Shown here: piece after piece, positions 11,803 through 21,675 of the stretch | Position numbering within the stretch: position 1 is the stretch's first letter | How the letters are laid out: each line of letters begins with the position of its first letter | From: a bacterium | Lineage (GTDB): Bacteria; Bacillota; Clostridia; Oscillospirales; Oscillospiraceae | DNA: 64,000 nt | Assembly (NCBI GenBank): GCA_004560305.1 | Contig: SFVI01000009.1 | Span: 4,026-68,025, forward strand | Reading direction: 5' to 3' | Notes under the pieces: generated by a model | Told to the model about the DNA's origin: nothing | Seen by the model: the letters and a program-made list of their open reading frames with translations, nothing else | The model's database searches: none | Translations under genes and position numbers: made by a program

Positions 11803-12549
11803 TTATATCTGGCTGAACACTTCGCCGATCTTTTCGTGGATCACCAGGTCGGCATAGTTGTCATAGGGCGTCTCGCTGAGATTCACCAGCACCAGCTTAT
11901 CGCCCTTGTAGTAATTGATCAGGCCCGCCGCCGGGTATACGTTCAGGCTGGTGCCGCCGATGATCAGCACCTCGGCCTTACGGATGTAGTCGACGGCCCG
12001 GCGCACCACATCGTCGTCCAGTGGCTCCTCGTACAGCACGATGTCCGGCCGGATGATTCCGCCGCAGACGCAGCGGGGAACACCCTGGCCATGGTTCATC
12101 TTCTCCGCCGGGTAGGGGCGGCGGCAGCGGGAGCAATAGGCACGCAGGATGCTGCCGTGCAGCTCCAGCACGTTTCTGCTGCCGGCGGCCTGATGCAGCC
12201 CGTCAATATTCTGGGTGATCACCGCCCGCAGCTTTCCTTCCGCCTCCAGCTCCGCCAGACGCAGATGGGCCCGGTTGGGCTTCACACCGTCGATCACCAG
12301 CTTTTCCCGGTGAAAGCGGTAGTACTCCGCCGGGTCCCGCTCAAAGAAGCTGTGGCTCAGTATGGTCTCCGGCGGGTATTTCCACTTCTGGTTGTACAGG
12401 CCGTCCACACTGCGGAAATCAGGGATTCCGCTTTCCGTGCTCACACCAGCCCCGCCAAAGAAGACGATATTGTCGCTCTCCCGCACCATTTCCCGCAGTC
12501 TGGCCACTTTCTCTTCCATCGAAATCACCGCCGTTTCATTATTAACCAA
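11803..12549 (-). CDS. cobB: NAD-dependent protein deacylase (Sir2 family)
   Basis: GAGVSTESGIPDFRS and TQNIDGLH motifs, Zn-binding CSRC...CVCGG; start may be the internal MEEK. Confidence 0.9.
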   Translation of the reverse strand: MVNNETAVISMEEKVARLREMVRESDNIVFFGGAGVSTESGIPDFRSVDGLYNQKWKYPPETILSHSFFERDPAEYYRFHREKLVIDGVKPNRAHLRLAELEAEGKLRAVITQNIDGLHQAAGSRNVLELHGSILRAYCSRCRRPYPAEKMNHGQGVPRCVCGGIIRPDIVLYEEPLDDDVVRRAVDYIRKAEVLIIGGTSLNVYPAAGLINYYKGDKLVLVNLSETPYDNYADLVIHEKIGEVFSQI

Positions 12550-12581
12550 TTTATTATATCGGAAATTTCTCTTTTTTTCAA

Positions 12582-13703
12582 TTACGCATTTGTTAAATGC
12601 ACCCGCAGCACCCTTGCCGCCAGGGCCGCCAGATCCTCCCGGCAGGACTTTTGAATCTCATCAAAGCTTCTGCTGCCGTCAGAGCTGGCATAATAGGCGT
12701 CGATCCCGCAGCTTCGCACCTGCTCCGCCTCCGGCCCGATACAGCCGCAAAGGGCGATGCAGGGCACCCCCTTTGCCTTCGCCCGGCGGGCCACGCCCAC
12801 CGGCACCTTGCCGGCCAGGCTCTGCCCGTCCAGCCGCCCTTCCCCGGTGATCACCAGGTCTGCGCCCCGGAGCATCTGGTCAAAGCCCACACTGTCCAGC
12901 AGCATCTCGATCCCCGGCTTCAGCTGGGCATCCACAAAGGCCAGCATCCCGGCCCCCAGACCGCCGGCAGCGCCGGCGCCGGGAATATCCTTCACATCCC
13001 GGCCAAGCTCCCGTTTGATCACATCGGCAAAATGGGCCATGGCGGCGTCATGGGGGCCGATCTGCTCCGGCTTCAAGCCCTTCTGAGGGCCGAAAACGGC
13101 CACCGCCCCACGGGGCCCGCAGAGGGGATTGTTCACGTCGCAGGCGGCGGTGACGGTCATCGCCGGCATCTTTTCCGGCGGCACAATTCGCTCCACTTTG
13201 GCCAGGTTCCAGGCATAGGGGGCCAGATGCACCCCGTCCTTATCAAAGAACCGGTAGCCCAAAGCGTCCGCCATGCCGATGCCGCCATCATTGGTGGCGC
13301 TGCCCCCCAAACCGATCAGGAACCGGCTGCTGCCCCGGCCCAGGATGTGCATCATCAGCTCCCCCACACCCCAGGTGGTGGCATGCAGGGGCTGCAAATT
13401 TCCTTTCGTCAGGGGCAGCCCGGCGCAGCTGGCCATCTCCATCACGGCGGTGCCGTCCGGCAGGATGCCGTATTCCGCGTCCACGAACCAGCCCAGGGGC
13501 CCTGTCACCTCTTTGGTTTTTAGTTCCCCGCCGATGAGGGACACATAGCTCTCGCTCATGCCCTCTCCGCCGTCAGACATGGGGACGCAGATCACTTCCG
13601 CCCCCGGGCAGCATTTTTTTACTTCATCGCCGACAATGGCACAGACTTCCCGGGCACTCATGGTGCCTTTGAAGGAGTCAGGCGCAAGGATCACTTTTTT
13701 CAT
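12582..13703 (-). CDS. glxK: Glycerate kinase
   Basis: N-terminus MKKVILAPDSFKGTMSA typical of the glycerate kinase family; 373 aa. Confidence 0.85.
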   Translation of the reverse strand: MKKVILAPDSFKGTMSAREVCAIVGDEVKKCCPGAEVICVPMSDGGEGMSESYVSLIGGELKTKEVTGPLGWFVDAEYGILPDGTAVMEMASCAGLPLTKGNLQPLHATTWGVGELMMHILGRGSSRFLIGLGGSATNDGGIGMADALGYRFFDKDGVHLAPYAWNLAKVERIVPPEKMPAMTVTAACDVNNPLCGPRGAVAVFGPQKGLKPEQIGPHDAAMAHFADVIKRELGRDVKDIPGAGAAGGLGAGMLAFVDAQLKPGIEMLLDSVGFDQMLRGADLVITGEGRLDGQSLAGKVPVGVARRAKAKGVPCIALCGCIGPEAEQVRSCGIDAYYASSDGSRSFDEIQKSCREDLAALAARVLRVHLTNA

Positions 13704-13760
13704 ATTCGCAACCCACTCTACGAAAACAGGCAGACCATGTGATCTGCCTGTTGAATAGTC

Positions 13761-14366
13761 TTACGCTTCCACGCTTTTGATGATTTCCTCCGCCAGAGGG
13801 GCAAACTGCGCCAGCAGCAGCTCATTCTCCCGGCGGGTGACAAAGCGGTAGGTCTCGTCAGTGGAATAGGCGGCCATGTCCACGATGTAGCACCGGGCCG
13901 AGCGGGCGGCGGCCATGGCCAGCTCCGCGCTCTCAGCCAGATAGTGCCTGGCCTCTTTGGGGCAGAGGGGGCACAGCTCCCGGGCCAGCTCCAGCAGCTT
14001 CCCCATCATGTTCATGATCTCGGCGCAGATGCTGACCGCCGGCTGTCGGGCGGCCTCGATGTTCCGGGCGTCGCCCTCCTTTATAGCCCGCTTCAAAGGG
14101 CCGCGGCACTTTACGTCCTCATCGATGAGATGCACCATGTAGCTGCGCAGGATCTCCCCATTGCGGGCGATATAATCCAGCCGCTCATTGCCGCTGACGG
14201 TCTTGCCGGTGACAGCCGCCGCCCGGCACAGCAGCGCCGCCGCCACAGAGGCCGCCACCGCGGCGCCGCTGCCGGTCTCCAGCTTGCCGTCCGGGTCTGC
14301 CAGGGCCTGACTCAGTTCCTCCATGGTCTTCTTCTTGAACACTTCGATCATGATCTTCTCCGCCAT
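13761..14366 (-). CDS. Cyclodeaminase/cyclohydrolase family protein (FtcD C-terminal-like)
   Basis: All-helical, about 200 aa, with the GSGAAVAASVAAALL segment typical of this family. Confidence 0.65.
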   Translation of the reverse strand: MAEKIMIEVFKKKTMEELSQALADPDGKLETGSGAAVAASVAAALLCRAAAVTGKTVSGNERLDYIARNGEILRSYMVHLIDEDVKCRGPLKRAIKEGDARNIEAARQPAVSICAEIMNMMGKLLELARELCPLCPKEARHYLAESAELAMAAARSARCYIVDMAAYSTDETYRFVTRRENELLLAQFAPLAEEIIKSVEA

Positions 14367-14391
14367 TGGATAGCCTCCTTAAAATTTTATT

Positions 14392-15984
14392 TTAATCCCG
14401 GTTGAATTCCCGCAGAACAAGGCCCTCATTCTTCTGCAAGGCCCAGTTGATGCACCACTCGGAAGTAAACAGTAGCAGGTTGTTGCCCTTGAAATCCTGC
14501 ACCCACTTGGTGTCGCTGGTCAGGTTCAGGTCGCTGATTTTGATGTTCTCGTTCTCCACCCAGCGCACCAGCTCATAGGGCATGGCCCGGCGTCGCACAT
14601 CCACGCCGTACTCGGTTTTCAGCCGGTACTCCAGCACCTCAAACTGCAGCACGCCCACCACGCCAACGATCACTTCCTCCACGCCGGTGAAGGGCTCGTG
14701 GAAGATCTGAATGGCGCCCTCCTGGGCGATCTGCATGATGCCCTTTTCAAACTGCTTGCGCTTCATGGTGTCCACGCGCTCCACCGCGGCGAAATGCTCC
14801 GGCGCGAAGGTGGGGATGCCCTCGAAGCAGATGTTCTTCCCCTTTTCGCAGATAGTGTCGCCGATGGAGAAGATGCCTGGGTCAAATACGCCAATGATGT
14901 CCCCGGCATAGGCCTCGTCGATGATGGCCCGCTCCTGGGCCATCAGCTGCTGGGGCTGGGCCAGGCGTAGGGGCTTGCCCCCCTGCACATGGTAGTATTC
15001 CTTGTCCCGCTCAAAGCGGCCGGAGCAGATGCGCATGAAAGCGATCCGGTCCCGGTGGGCCTTGTTCATGTTGGCCTGGATCTTGAACACGAAGGCGGAA
15101 AAGCCCGGGTCGGTAGGCTCAATGATATCGTCCCCGGAAATTCTCGCCAGAGGCGGCATGGTCATTTTCAGGAAACTCTCCAAAAAGGGCTCCACGCCGA
15201 AGTTATTGAGAGCAGAGCCGAAGAACACCGGGCTGAGCCGGCCCTTGCGTACCTCGTCAATATCGAAGTCATAGCCCGCGCCGTCCAGCAGCTCAATGTC
15301 GTCCGCAAGGCTCTGGCGCAGCCGGGGGCCGATCAGCTCATCCAGCTTCTCCGTCTCGTCCAGGGTGCACTCGATGGCCCGGATCTTGCTCTGCCCCCGG
15401 TGGAACTCGTTGAAGGCCAGGATTTCTTTCTTCTCCCGGTCATACACGCCCTTGAAGTCCTGGCCGCAGCCGATGGGCCAGTTCATGGGATAGGTGCCGA
15501 TGCCGAACTCGTTCTCCAGCTGCTCCATCAGGTCGTAGGGGCTGCGGGCCTCCCGGTCCAGCTTGTTGATAAAGGTAAAAATGGGGATGTGCCGCATGGC
15601 GCAGATTTTGAACAGCTTCCTGGTCTGGGGCTCGATGCCCTTGGCCGCGTCGATCACCATCACCGCCGAGTCCGCCGCCATCAGCGTGCGGTAGGTGTCC
15701 TCGGAGAAATCCTGGTGGCCCGGGGTGTCCAGAATGTTGATGCAGTATCCCTCATACTCAAACTGCATCACGGAGGAGGTGATGGAAATGCCTCTCTGCT
15801 TTTCCAGCTCCATCCAGTCGGAGACTGCGTGGCGGGCAGTGGCCTTGCCCTTGACGGAACCGGCCATCTGAATGGCCCCGCCGTAAAGCAGCAGCTTTTC
15901 GGTCAGGGTGGTTTTGCCCGCGTCCGGGTGGGATATGATGGCGAAGGTTCTTCTCCGCTCGATCTCTTTTCTCAAATCTGCCAT
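14392..15984 (-). CDS. prfC: Peptide chain release factor 3
   Basis: GTPase motifs SHPDAGKTT, DTPGHQDF, NKLD; RRRTFAIISHPDAGKTTLTEKLLL N-terminus. Confidence 0.95.
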   Translation of the reverse strand: MADLRKEIERRRTFAIISHPDAGKTTLTEKLLLYGGAIQMAGSVKGKATARHAVSDWMELEKQRGISITSSVMQFEYEGYCINILDTPGHQDFSEDTYRTLMAADSAVMVIDAAKGIEPQTRKLFKICAMRHIPIFTFINKLDREARSPYDLMEQLENEFGIGTYPMNWPIGCGQDFKGVYDREKKEILAFNEFHRGQSKIRAIECTLDETEKLDELIGPRLRQSLADDIELLDGAGYDFDIDEVRKGRLSPVFFGSALNNFGVEPFLESFLKMTMPPLARISGDDIIEPTDPGFSAFVFKIQANMNKAHRDRIAFMRICSGRFERDKEYYHVQGGKPLRLAQPQQLMAQERAIIDEAYAGDIIGVFDPGIFSIGDTICEKGKNICFEGIPTFAPEHFAAVERVDTMKRKQFEKGIMQIAQEGAIQIFHEPFTGVEEVIVGVVGVLQFEVLEYRLKTEYGVDVRRRAMPYELVRWVENENIKISDLNLTSDTKWVQDFKGNNLLLFTSEWCINWALQKNEGLVLREFNRD

Positions 15985-16020
15985 AATCGACTTCCTCTTA
16001 GCTTATTTCTAACTGAGATA

Positions 16021-16932
16021 TTATATCTGTTCCTTTGGGAAATGTAAAGATTTTATTCTCTCCACGATTTTCCCGATATTCTCGTCGGAGTATTCGATCT
16101 CCGCCGACCAGAGCCGCACCAGCTCCCGCAGCTCTCCCCCGCTCTGTTCCATGGCCCACAGCAGCCGCAGGCTGAGCACACAAAACTGCAAGATCAGCCC
16201 CGCCTGCGCCGCATCCTCCGCAGACGCAAAATGCCGGTAGAGCATGTATTGCAAAAGCCTGGTGTGCTTTGCATCGCCGGGCAGAGGCAGCTCACCCGTT
16301 CTCACCGTCAGCAGCGCCGCTGTCCAGTCCTCATCCATCCGCTCCAGCCCCAGGAAGAAGTCCCGCCAAAAGGCAGCGTCAAAGGGAATCGGCTCCATGT
16401 CCATCCCCCGGCAGCAGCGGCATATCCGTTCCTCCATGGGCAGGCTGAAATCACGGAGAATTTCAAACATTCTGCCCCGCAGGGCGATCAGCGCCGGCTC
16501 CTCCTCTTCGCCTGTTTCATCCCGGTCACAGACCAGTTCCAGCGGGCCATCCCCGGACAACAGCAGCCGGGCCGCTTCTTCGCAGCAGAGTCCCAGCCCC
16601 GCCTCCTGCCGCTCTGGGAAGTCATTGTAAAACCGGGGGTGCTCCCTGCAGATGTCGCAAAGCACGTCCTCCCCGAAGCCCAGGATCAGCCGGCAGAGGC
16701 CCTTCTTATTCAGAAAGGGACAGCGCTCTTCTTCCGTCAGGCAAAAGTGGGGCTCCGGCTCCCGGCACATCTTCTGCCGCAGCTCCTCCCCCAGCGCTCC
16801 CGGCAGTCCTTCATACAGTTCCGCCGTCTCCCTGTCAATATCGATCTCCCAGCCCAGGCAGCAGCTATGGGCGCACTTGTCCGCAATGCATTGAAATTCT
16901 CCGTAAAAATCCGGCTCTACATACAGCATCAT
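16021..16932 (-). CDS. FliB-type lysine-N-methylase / YkgJ-like Cys-cluster protein
   Basis: N-terminal FQCIADKCAHSCCLGWEIDID Cys cluster plus further Cys pairs; the track start is GTG inside the SD, so ATG 16932 or 16929 is preferred. Confidence 0.6.
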   Translation of the reverse strand: MMLYVEPDFYGEFQCIADKCAHSCCLGWEIDIDRETAELYEGLPGALGEELRQKMCREPEPHFCLTEEERCPFLNKKGLCRLILGFGEDVLCDICREHPRFYNDFPERQEAGLGLCCEEAARLLLSGDGPLELVCDRDETGEEEEPALIALRGRMFEILRDFSLPMEERICRCCRGMDMEPIPFDAAFWRDFFLGLERMDEDWTAALLTVRTGELPLPGDAKHTRLLQYMLYRHFASAEDAAQAGLILQFCVLSLRLLWAMEQSGGELRELVRLWSAEIEYSDENIGKIVERIKSLHFPKEQI

Positions 16933-17103
16933 TATCACCTCGATTTTTTACCATGAGCACAAAGTGCAAATGGTAAAAATTGTCATGTTTTTCGGTTGCC
17001 GCATCAGCGGCGAGAAAAACGACATAAAGCCAAAATAGCCAATTTATGGCTATTTTAATATAATCTTTTTGAAACCAAAAGTCCCTTTATCAGGGTCAAA
17101 AGT

Positions 17104-17127
17104 AAAGCCCGCCGAAGGGCGGGCTTT
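17104..17127 (-). terminator. Intrinsic terminator after the EamA transporter gene
   Basis: Stem aaagcccgcc/ggcgggcttt with GAAG loop; minus strand followed by ACTTTTG. Confidence 0.6.
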
Positions 17128-17132
17128 GTTTA

Positions 17133-18026
17133 TTATGTACTTGCTTTCTGAACGTCCTTCTTACGGAAAAAGGGCAGCTTCAGTTCGCTGCAAGTAACGG
17201 CAAAGAAGATCAGCACGAAGCCCAGCAGCATCTTGCCGGTGATCACCTCATGATAGAACAGCACCGAAGCCAGCGCGCCGAAAACGCTCTCCAGGGTCAT
17301 AATCATGGCAGCGATAGAGGAGTTGGTATACTTCATGCCCCAAGCCTGCAGGAAGAAACAGAGGGCGGTGCACACGAAGCTGAGATAGGCGATCTCGCCC
17401 CAGGCATTCAGGGGCACGTTCACTGGCGGCGCCTCAAACAGCAGCGCACCCACCCAGCAGATTACCGCCGCCGTGGCAAACTGCACGGCGGAAATGGTGA
17501 CCGCGTCGCCGCTGTCCCGGTACTGCTCCAGCACGATGATCTGGAACGAATAGAAGATGCCGCAAAGCAGCGTCAGCATATCGCCGATGTTCACCCGGCC
17601 GATCCCCTCATTGAGGGATACAAAGCCAATACCGGTGATACACAGAAAGGCGGCTGCCACGTTGGCCAGGCCTGGCTTCCTCTTATAGACCCACCAGGCC
17701 AGAAAGGGCGTCAGCACGCAGTAGGTGGCAGTGAGGAAGGCGTTCTTGCTGGGAGTGGTAAACACCAGTCCATAGGTCTGCACGATGTAGGCCAGGGCCA
17801 GGCAAAGGCCCATCAGGGCACTGCCCTGCACACAGCGCTTGCTGACGGTTTTGATCCTCTTGCCCGCCACCGCCAGCATCACCAGTGCCGACACGGTGAA
17901 GCGGATGGAAAGCACCCACATGGTGCCCATGCTGTCCAGGGCGTTCTTCAGCACCACGAAAGAGGTGCCCCAAATCATTGCGCAAAGCAGCAGGGCGACC
18001 CTGCCCATTAATCCATTTCCTTTCAT
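17133..18026 (-). CDS. EamA/DMT family transporter
   Basis: About 10 hydrophobic helices; duplicated EamA-like halves. Confidence 0.8.
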   Translation of the reverse strand: MKGNGLMGRVALLLCAMIWGTSFVVLKNALDSMGTMWVLSIRFTVSALVMLAVAGKRIKTVSKRCVQGSALMGLCLALAYIVQTYGLVFTTPSKNAFLTATYCVLTPFLAWWVYKRKPGLANVAAAFLCITGIGFVSLNEGIGRVNIGDMLTLLCGIFYSFQIIVLEQYRDSGDAVTISAVQFATAAVICWVGALLFEAPPVNVPLNAWGEIAYLSFVCTALCFFLQAWGMKYTNSSIAAMIMTLESVFGALASVLFYHEVITGKMLLGFVLIFFAVTCSELKLPFFRKKDVQKAST

Positions 18027-18039
18027 GTCTCTCTGTTCC

Positions 18040-20409
18040 TTATTCCTTGGTCATATGCTGGGCCGCGGCCCGCAGCATCAGCTTCTTGGTGCCGATACCC
18101 TCAAAGTTGATTTCGATCAGATAATCCCCGCCCATGGGGCTCAGCTTGGTGACTACGCCGCTGCCGAAGGCCTTGTGACGCACGCTGTCCCCCAGGCCAA
18201 AGCTGGGCGTGGTCGGAGCAGCCGGTGCCTTGGCCGCCGGCGCCGCCACCGTATGGCGGCTGGGGGTGTAGGCGGGTCTGGCAAACTCCTGCTGGACCCG
18301 GCTCCGCTCCCGGAAGCCGTAGCCCTTGGGGATATTTTTCTTAATGTGCTCCTCCGGGATCTCGTCCACAAAGCGGGAGACCCGGTTGGCTGTGGTGCGG
18401 CCGAAGATCATCCGCTGCCGGGCGCAGACCAGATGCAGCCGCTCCTTGGCCCTTGTGATGGCCACATAGCAGAGCCGCCGCTCTTCCTCCATTTCCTCCG
18501 GCTCGCCGATGGCCCGCATGCCGGGGAAGATGCTCTCCTCCATGCCTACGATGAACACGCTGGGGAATTCCAGGCCCTTGGCCGAATGCATGGTCATCAT
18601 CACCACGCAGTCCGTTTCCTTATCGTAGTTGTCCATGTCGGTGTACAGCGCCACATTGGCCAGATAGCCCTCCAGGGTCTCATCGCCGGATTCCTTCATG
18701 TAGCCCAGGATGCTGGTTTTCAGCTCCTGCACGTTCTCGGCCCGGGCGGTGTCCTCCACGGTGTTCTTCTCCTCCAGAGCCCGGAGGTAGCCGGTTTTCT
18801 CTAGCAGCTCGTCCAGCAGCCGGTCCGGGCTGTTGTTTTCCGCGAAGGCCCGCAGCTCGTTGATCATCCCCGCGAACTGGCGCAGGCGGATGGCCGGGCG
18901 CTGCAGCTCCGGGTAGCTGTCCGCGTGGCTGAGAATCTCAAACATGGCGCAGTCGTTGTCCGCCGCCAGCTGCCGCACGGTCTCCACCGTACGCTCGCCG
19001 ATGCCCCGGGGCGGGCTGTTAATGATCCGGCTCAGCCGCAGGTCGTCCGCCGTGGAGGCGATCAGGCTCAGATAGGCCAGCACGTCCTTTACCTCCGCCC
19101 GGTCAAAGAAGCGGGTGCCGCCGATGATCCGATAAGGGATGCCGTTTCGCTTGAAGGCATATTCCAGCTGGTTGGACTGGGCGTTCATCCGATACAATAC
19201 CGCGTGGTCCCGCCAGTTGGCCCCCTGGCCGTAAGCGGCCATGATCTTGGAGGCCACGTACTGGGCCTCGTCGTTTTCGTTGTCCGCCACATACAGCTCC
19301 AGCGGCTCCCCCGCCCCCTGGTTGCTCCACAGCTCCTTGCCCTTGCGGCCCTGGTTGTGACGGATGACGGCGTTGGCAGCGTCCAGAATGTGGGTGGTAC
19401 TGCGGTAGTTCTGCTCCAGCCGGATGGTGCGGCAGTTTTTGTACTGCTGCTCAAAGCTGAGGATGTTCTCAATGGTGGCGCCCCGGAACTTGTAGATGCT
19501 CTGGTCATCGTCACCCACCACGCAGATGTTGCCCCAGCCCCCTGCAAGCAGGGAAGAAAGCAGATACTGCAGGTGGTTGGTGTCCTGATATTCGTCGATC
19601 AGCACATATTGAAAGCGCCGCTGCCAGTAGCTCCGTACCTCCTCCTGTTCCTCCAGCAGCTTTACCGTGAAGAAGATCAGGTCGTCAAAGTCCATGGCGT
19701 TGGCGGTGAACATCCGGCGCATATACTCGCTGTAGATCTCGCCGATGCGGATGCGGCGGATATCCCCGCTCCTTCGGGCGCTGTCCAGATAGTCCCCGGC
19801 GCCGATGCGGCTGTCCTTGGCCCGGCTGATCTCGCTCAGCATGGCTTTTGGCGGGAACATCTTGTCATCCAGATCCATGTCCTTCAGGATGCGTTTGAGC
19901 AGGCTCAGGCTGTCCGCCGTGTCATAGATAGTGAAGCTGCCGGTAAAGCCCAACCGCTCCGCATCCCGCCGCAGAATGCGCACGCAGGCGGAGTGGAAGG
20001 TGCAGGCCCAGATGTCATTGGCCTCCGGCCCCAGCATCCGCTCCAGCCGTTCCTTCAGTTCCCCCGCCGCCTTGTTGGTGAAGGTGATGGCCAGGATGCG
20101 CCAGGGGGCCACCGGGTCCAGGGCCGCCATGCGCCGGGCCTCTTCCCCGCCCGCCAGCAGAATTTCCAACTGTCTTTCATCGGCCCCGGCGGGCACTTCG
20201 TCGCTGTCCCCCGCCCGGCCGTATTTCAGGAGGTTTGCAATGCGGTTAATGAGCACCGTGGTCTTGCCGCTGCCCGCCCCCGCCAGAATCAGCAGCGGCC
20301 CTTCCGTGGCCAGCACCGCCTGCCGCTGCATGGGGTTCAGAGCCGCGAATTCCTCCGCAATCACCGCCTTGCGGGCCTCTATGTACTTTCTTTCAAAATC
20401 CGTATTCAT
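18040..20409 (-). CDS. pcrA: ATP-dependent DNA helicase PcrA (UvrD family)
   Basis: Walker A AGAGSGKTT, motif II DEYQDTN, and further SF1 helicase motifs across 789 aa. Confidence 0.95.
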   Translation of the reverse strand: MNTDFERKYIEARKAVIAEEFAALNPMQRQAVLATEGPLLILAGAGSGKTTVLINRIANLLKYGRAGDSDEVPAGADERQLEILLAGGEEARRMAALDPVAPWRILAITFTNKAAGELKERLERMLGPEANDIWACTFHSACVRILRRDAERLGFTGSFTIYDTADSLSLLKRILKDMDLDDKMFPPKAMLSEISRAKDSRIGAGDYLDSARRSGDIRRIRIGEIYSEYMRRMFTANAMDFDDLIFFTVKLLEEQEEVRSYWQRRFQYVLIDEYQDTNHLQYLLSSLLAGGWGNICVVGDDDQSIYKFRGATIENILSFEQQYKNCRTIRLEQNYRSTTHILDAANAVIRHNQGRKGKELWSNQGAGEPLELYVADNENDEAQYVASKIMAAYGQGANWRDHAVLYRMNAQSNQLEYAFKRNGIPYRIIGGTRFFDRAEVKDVLAYLSLIASTADDLRLSRIINSPPRGIGERTVETVRQLAADNDCAMFEILSHADSYPELQRPAIRLRQFAGMINELRAFAENNSPDRLLDELLEKTGYLRALEEKNTVEDTARAENVQELKTSILGYMKESGDETLEGYLANVALYTDMDNYDKETDCVVMMTMHSAKGLEFPSVFIVGMEESIFPGMRAIGEPEEMEEERRLCYVAITRAKERLHLVCARQRMIFGRTTANRVSRFVDEIPEEHIKKNIPKGYGFRERSRVQQEFARPAYTPSRHTVAAPAAKAPAAPTTPSFGLGDSVRHKAFGSGVVTKLSPMGGDYLIEINFEGIGTKKLMLRAAAQHMTKE

Positions 20410-20511
20410 GCCGTCAAATCATAATCCGTTTCCATAAAAATCATCATACACGGCGAAGATTTTAACACAAAGGCAAAAAGATAACAAGTGGCAGCTTCCA
20501 TAATACCCATG

Positions 20512-20540
20512 TTGACTTTTCCCCGCCGATTGGGTACTAT
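20512..20540 (+). promoter_or_regulatory. Sigma-A-type promoter for the GH25 muramidase gene
   Basis: TTGACT, 17 nt, TACTAT, 30 nt upstream of the ATG. Confidence 0.5.
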
Positions 20541-20569
20541 GTAGCATATAAACATTTCGGAGATACAGA

Positions 20570-21598
20570 ATGAAAAAGCGCATCAAACATCTTTTGGATA
20601 AAACAACGGAGCCTCGCACCGAGCGGATGCTTCTCATCTTTCTCCCCTTTCTGACCCTGGTGCTGGTGGCTCTGATCCTGGCCCCCGGCATCCTCTCCAT
20701 CCTGGAGGACGCGCCCCTGCTCCCGCCGGAGAGCGCCGCCAGCCCGGAACCTATGGAGGCCGAAGGTCTGGCCCGGCTGCCGGAGGAAGAACTGGCCCTC
20801 CCTGTTTCCACGCCGGAGCCCACCCCCGCGCCCACGCCGGAACCCATCATCGTTTCTGAATCCGGCGCCCTCCTGGGCTGGCAGCAGATCGCCGGCAGCA
20901 CCTATTACTACGACCGGAACGGCACTCCCGTCACCGGGATGCAGACCATTGATGGCAAGCTGTACTTTTTTGACCAATACGGCGTGAAGGCGGAACGGCT
21001 GGGCATTGACGTTTCGTTTTACAACAAGTTCATCACCTGGCCCGCTGTGGCCGCCCAGGGCATTGATTTTGCCATCCTCCGCGCCGGCGGCCGGGGCTGG
21101 GAAACGGGGCTGATCTATGACGACCGCTGGTTCCAGCGGAACCTGGCGGAGGCCAGGAATGCCGGCATTGACCTGGGGGTCTACTTCTTCTCCACCGCCA
21201 CCAATCCCGCGGAAGCCGCGGAGGAAGCCCTCTATGTGCTGGACTGCCTTGGCGGCACGGAGCTGGAGCTTCCCATTTTTATCGACGTGGAATATTCCGG
21301 GGACTATCCCCATGGCCGGGCCGACCGGCTCAGCAATACCCAGCGTGAGTTGATCATCAACGCCTTCTGCCGCACTGTCATGGACTACGGTTATGAGGCC
21401 GGGGTCTATTCCGGGCAGAACTATTTCAAGTTCAACCTGGACATGCGCTCCCTTACCAAATACACTGTCTGGCTGGCAAGCTACACCAAAAACGCTCGCC
21501 TGCCCGATTATCCGGGCCACTATGACCTGTGGCAGTTTACCGACAGCGGCCACGTCAACGGTATCACCGGCATCGTGGACATGAACGCTTGGCTGTAA
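20570..21598 (+). CDS. Membrane-anchored GH25 muramidase (lysozyme) with a cell-wall-binding repeat
   Basis: N-terminal TM segment, Pro-rich linker, GWQQIAGSTYYYDRNGTPVTGMQTIDGKLYFFDQYG repeat, GH25 core GIDVSFYN...FIDVEY. Confidence 0.85.
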   Translation: MKKRIKHLLDKTTEPRTERMLLIFLPFLTLVLVALILAPGILSILEDAPLLPPESAASPEPMEAEGLARLPEEELALPVSTPEPTPAPTPEPIIVSESGALLGWQQIAGSTYYYDRNGTPVTGMQTIDGKLYFFDQYGVKAERLGIDVSFYNKFITWPAVAAQGIDFAILRAGGRGWETGLIYDDRWFQRNLAEARNAGIDLGVYFFSTATNPAEAAEEALYVLDCLGGTELELPIFIDVEYSGDYPHGRADRLSNTQRELIINAFCRTVMDYGYEAGVYSGQNYFKFNLDMRSLTKYTVWLASYTKNARLPDYPGHYDLWQFTDSGHVNGITGIVDMNAWL

Positions 21599-21632
21599 AC
21601 TTTTTTCCTTGCATTAAAACTCTATACCGCGC

Positions 21633-21675
21633 AAAAAGCTGAGCGTTTTGCCTTCTTAAAACGCTCAGCTTTTTT
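21633..21675. terminator. Bidirectional intrinsic terminator (GH25 gene / sigF)
   Basis: aaaaagctgagcgtttt ... aaaacgctcagcttttt, with A-run and T-run flanks. Confidence 0.75.

Noticed and set aside
20570-21598. GH25 lysozyme as a possible prophage or endolysin remnant
   Set aside because: No holin, integrase, capsid or tail genes are adjacent. The protein has its own TM anchor, linker and cell-wall-binding repeat, and it sits between pcrA and the spoIIA operon. This fits a host autolysin.
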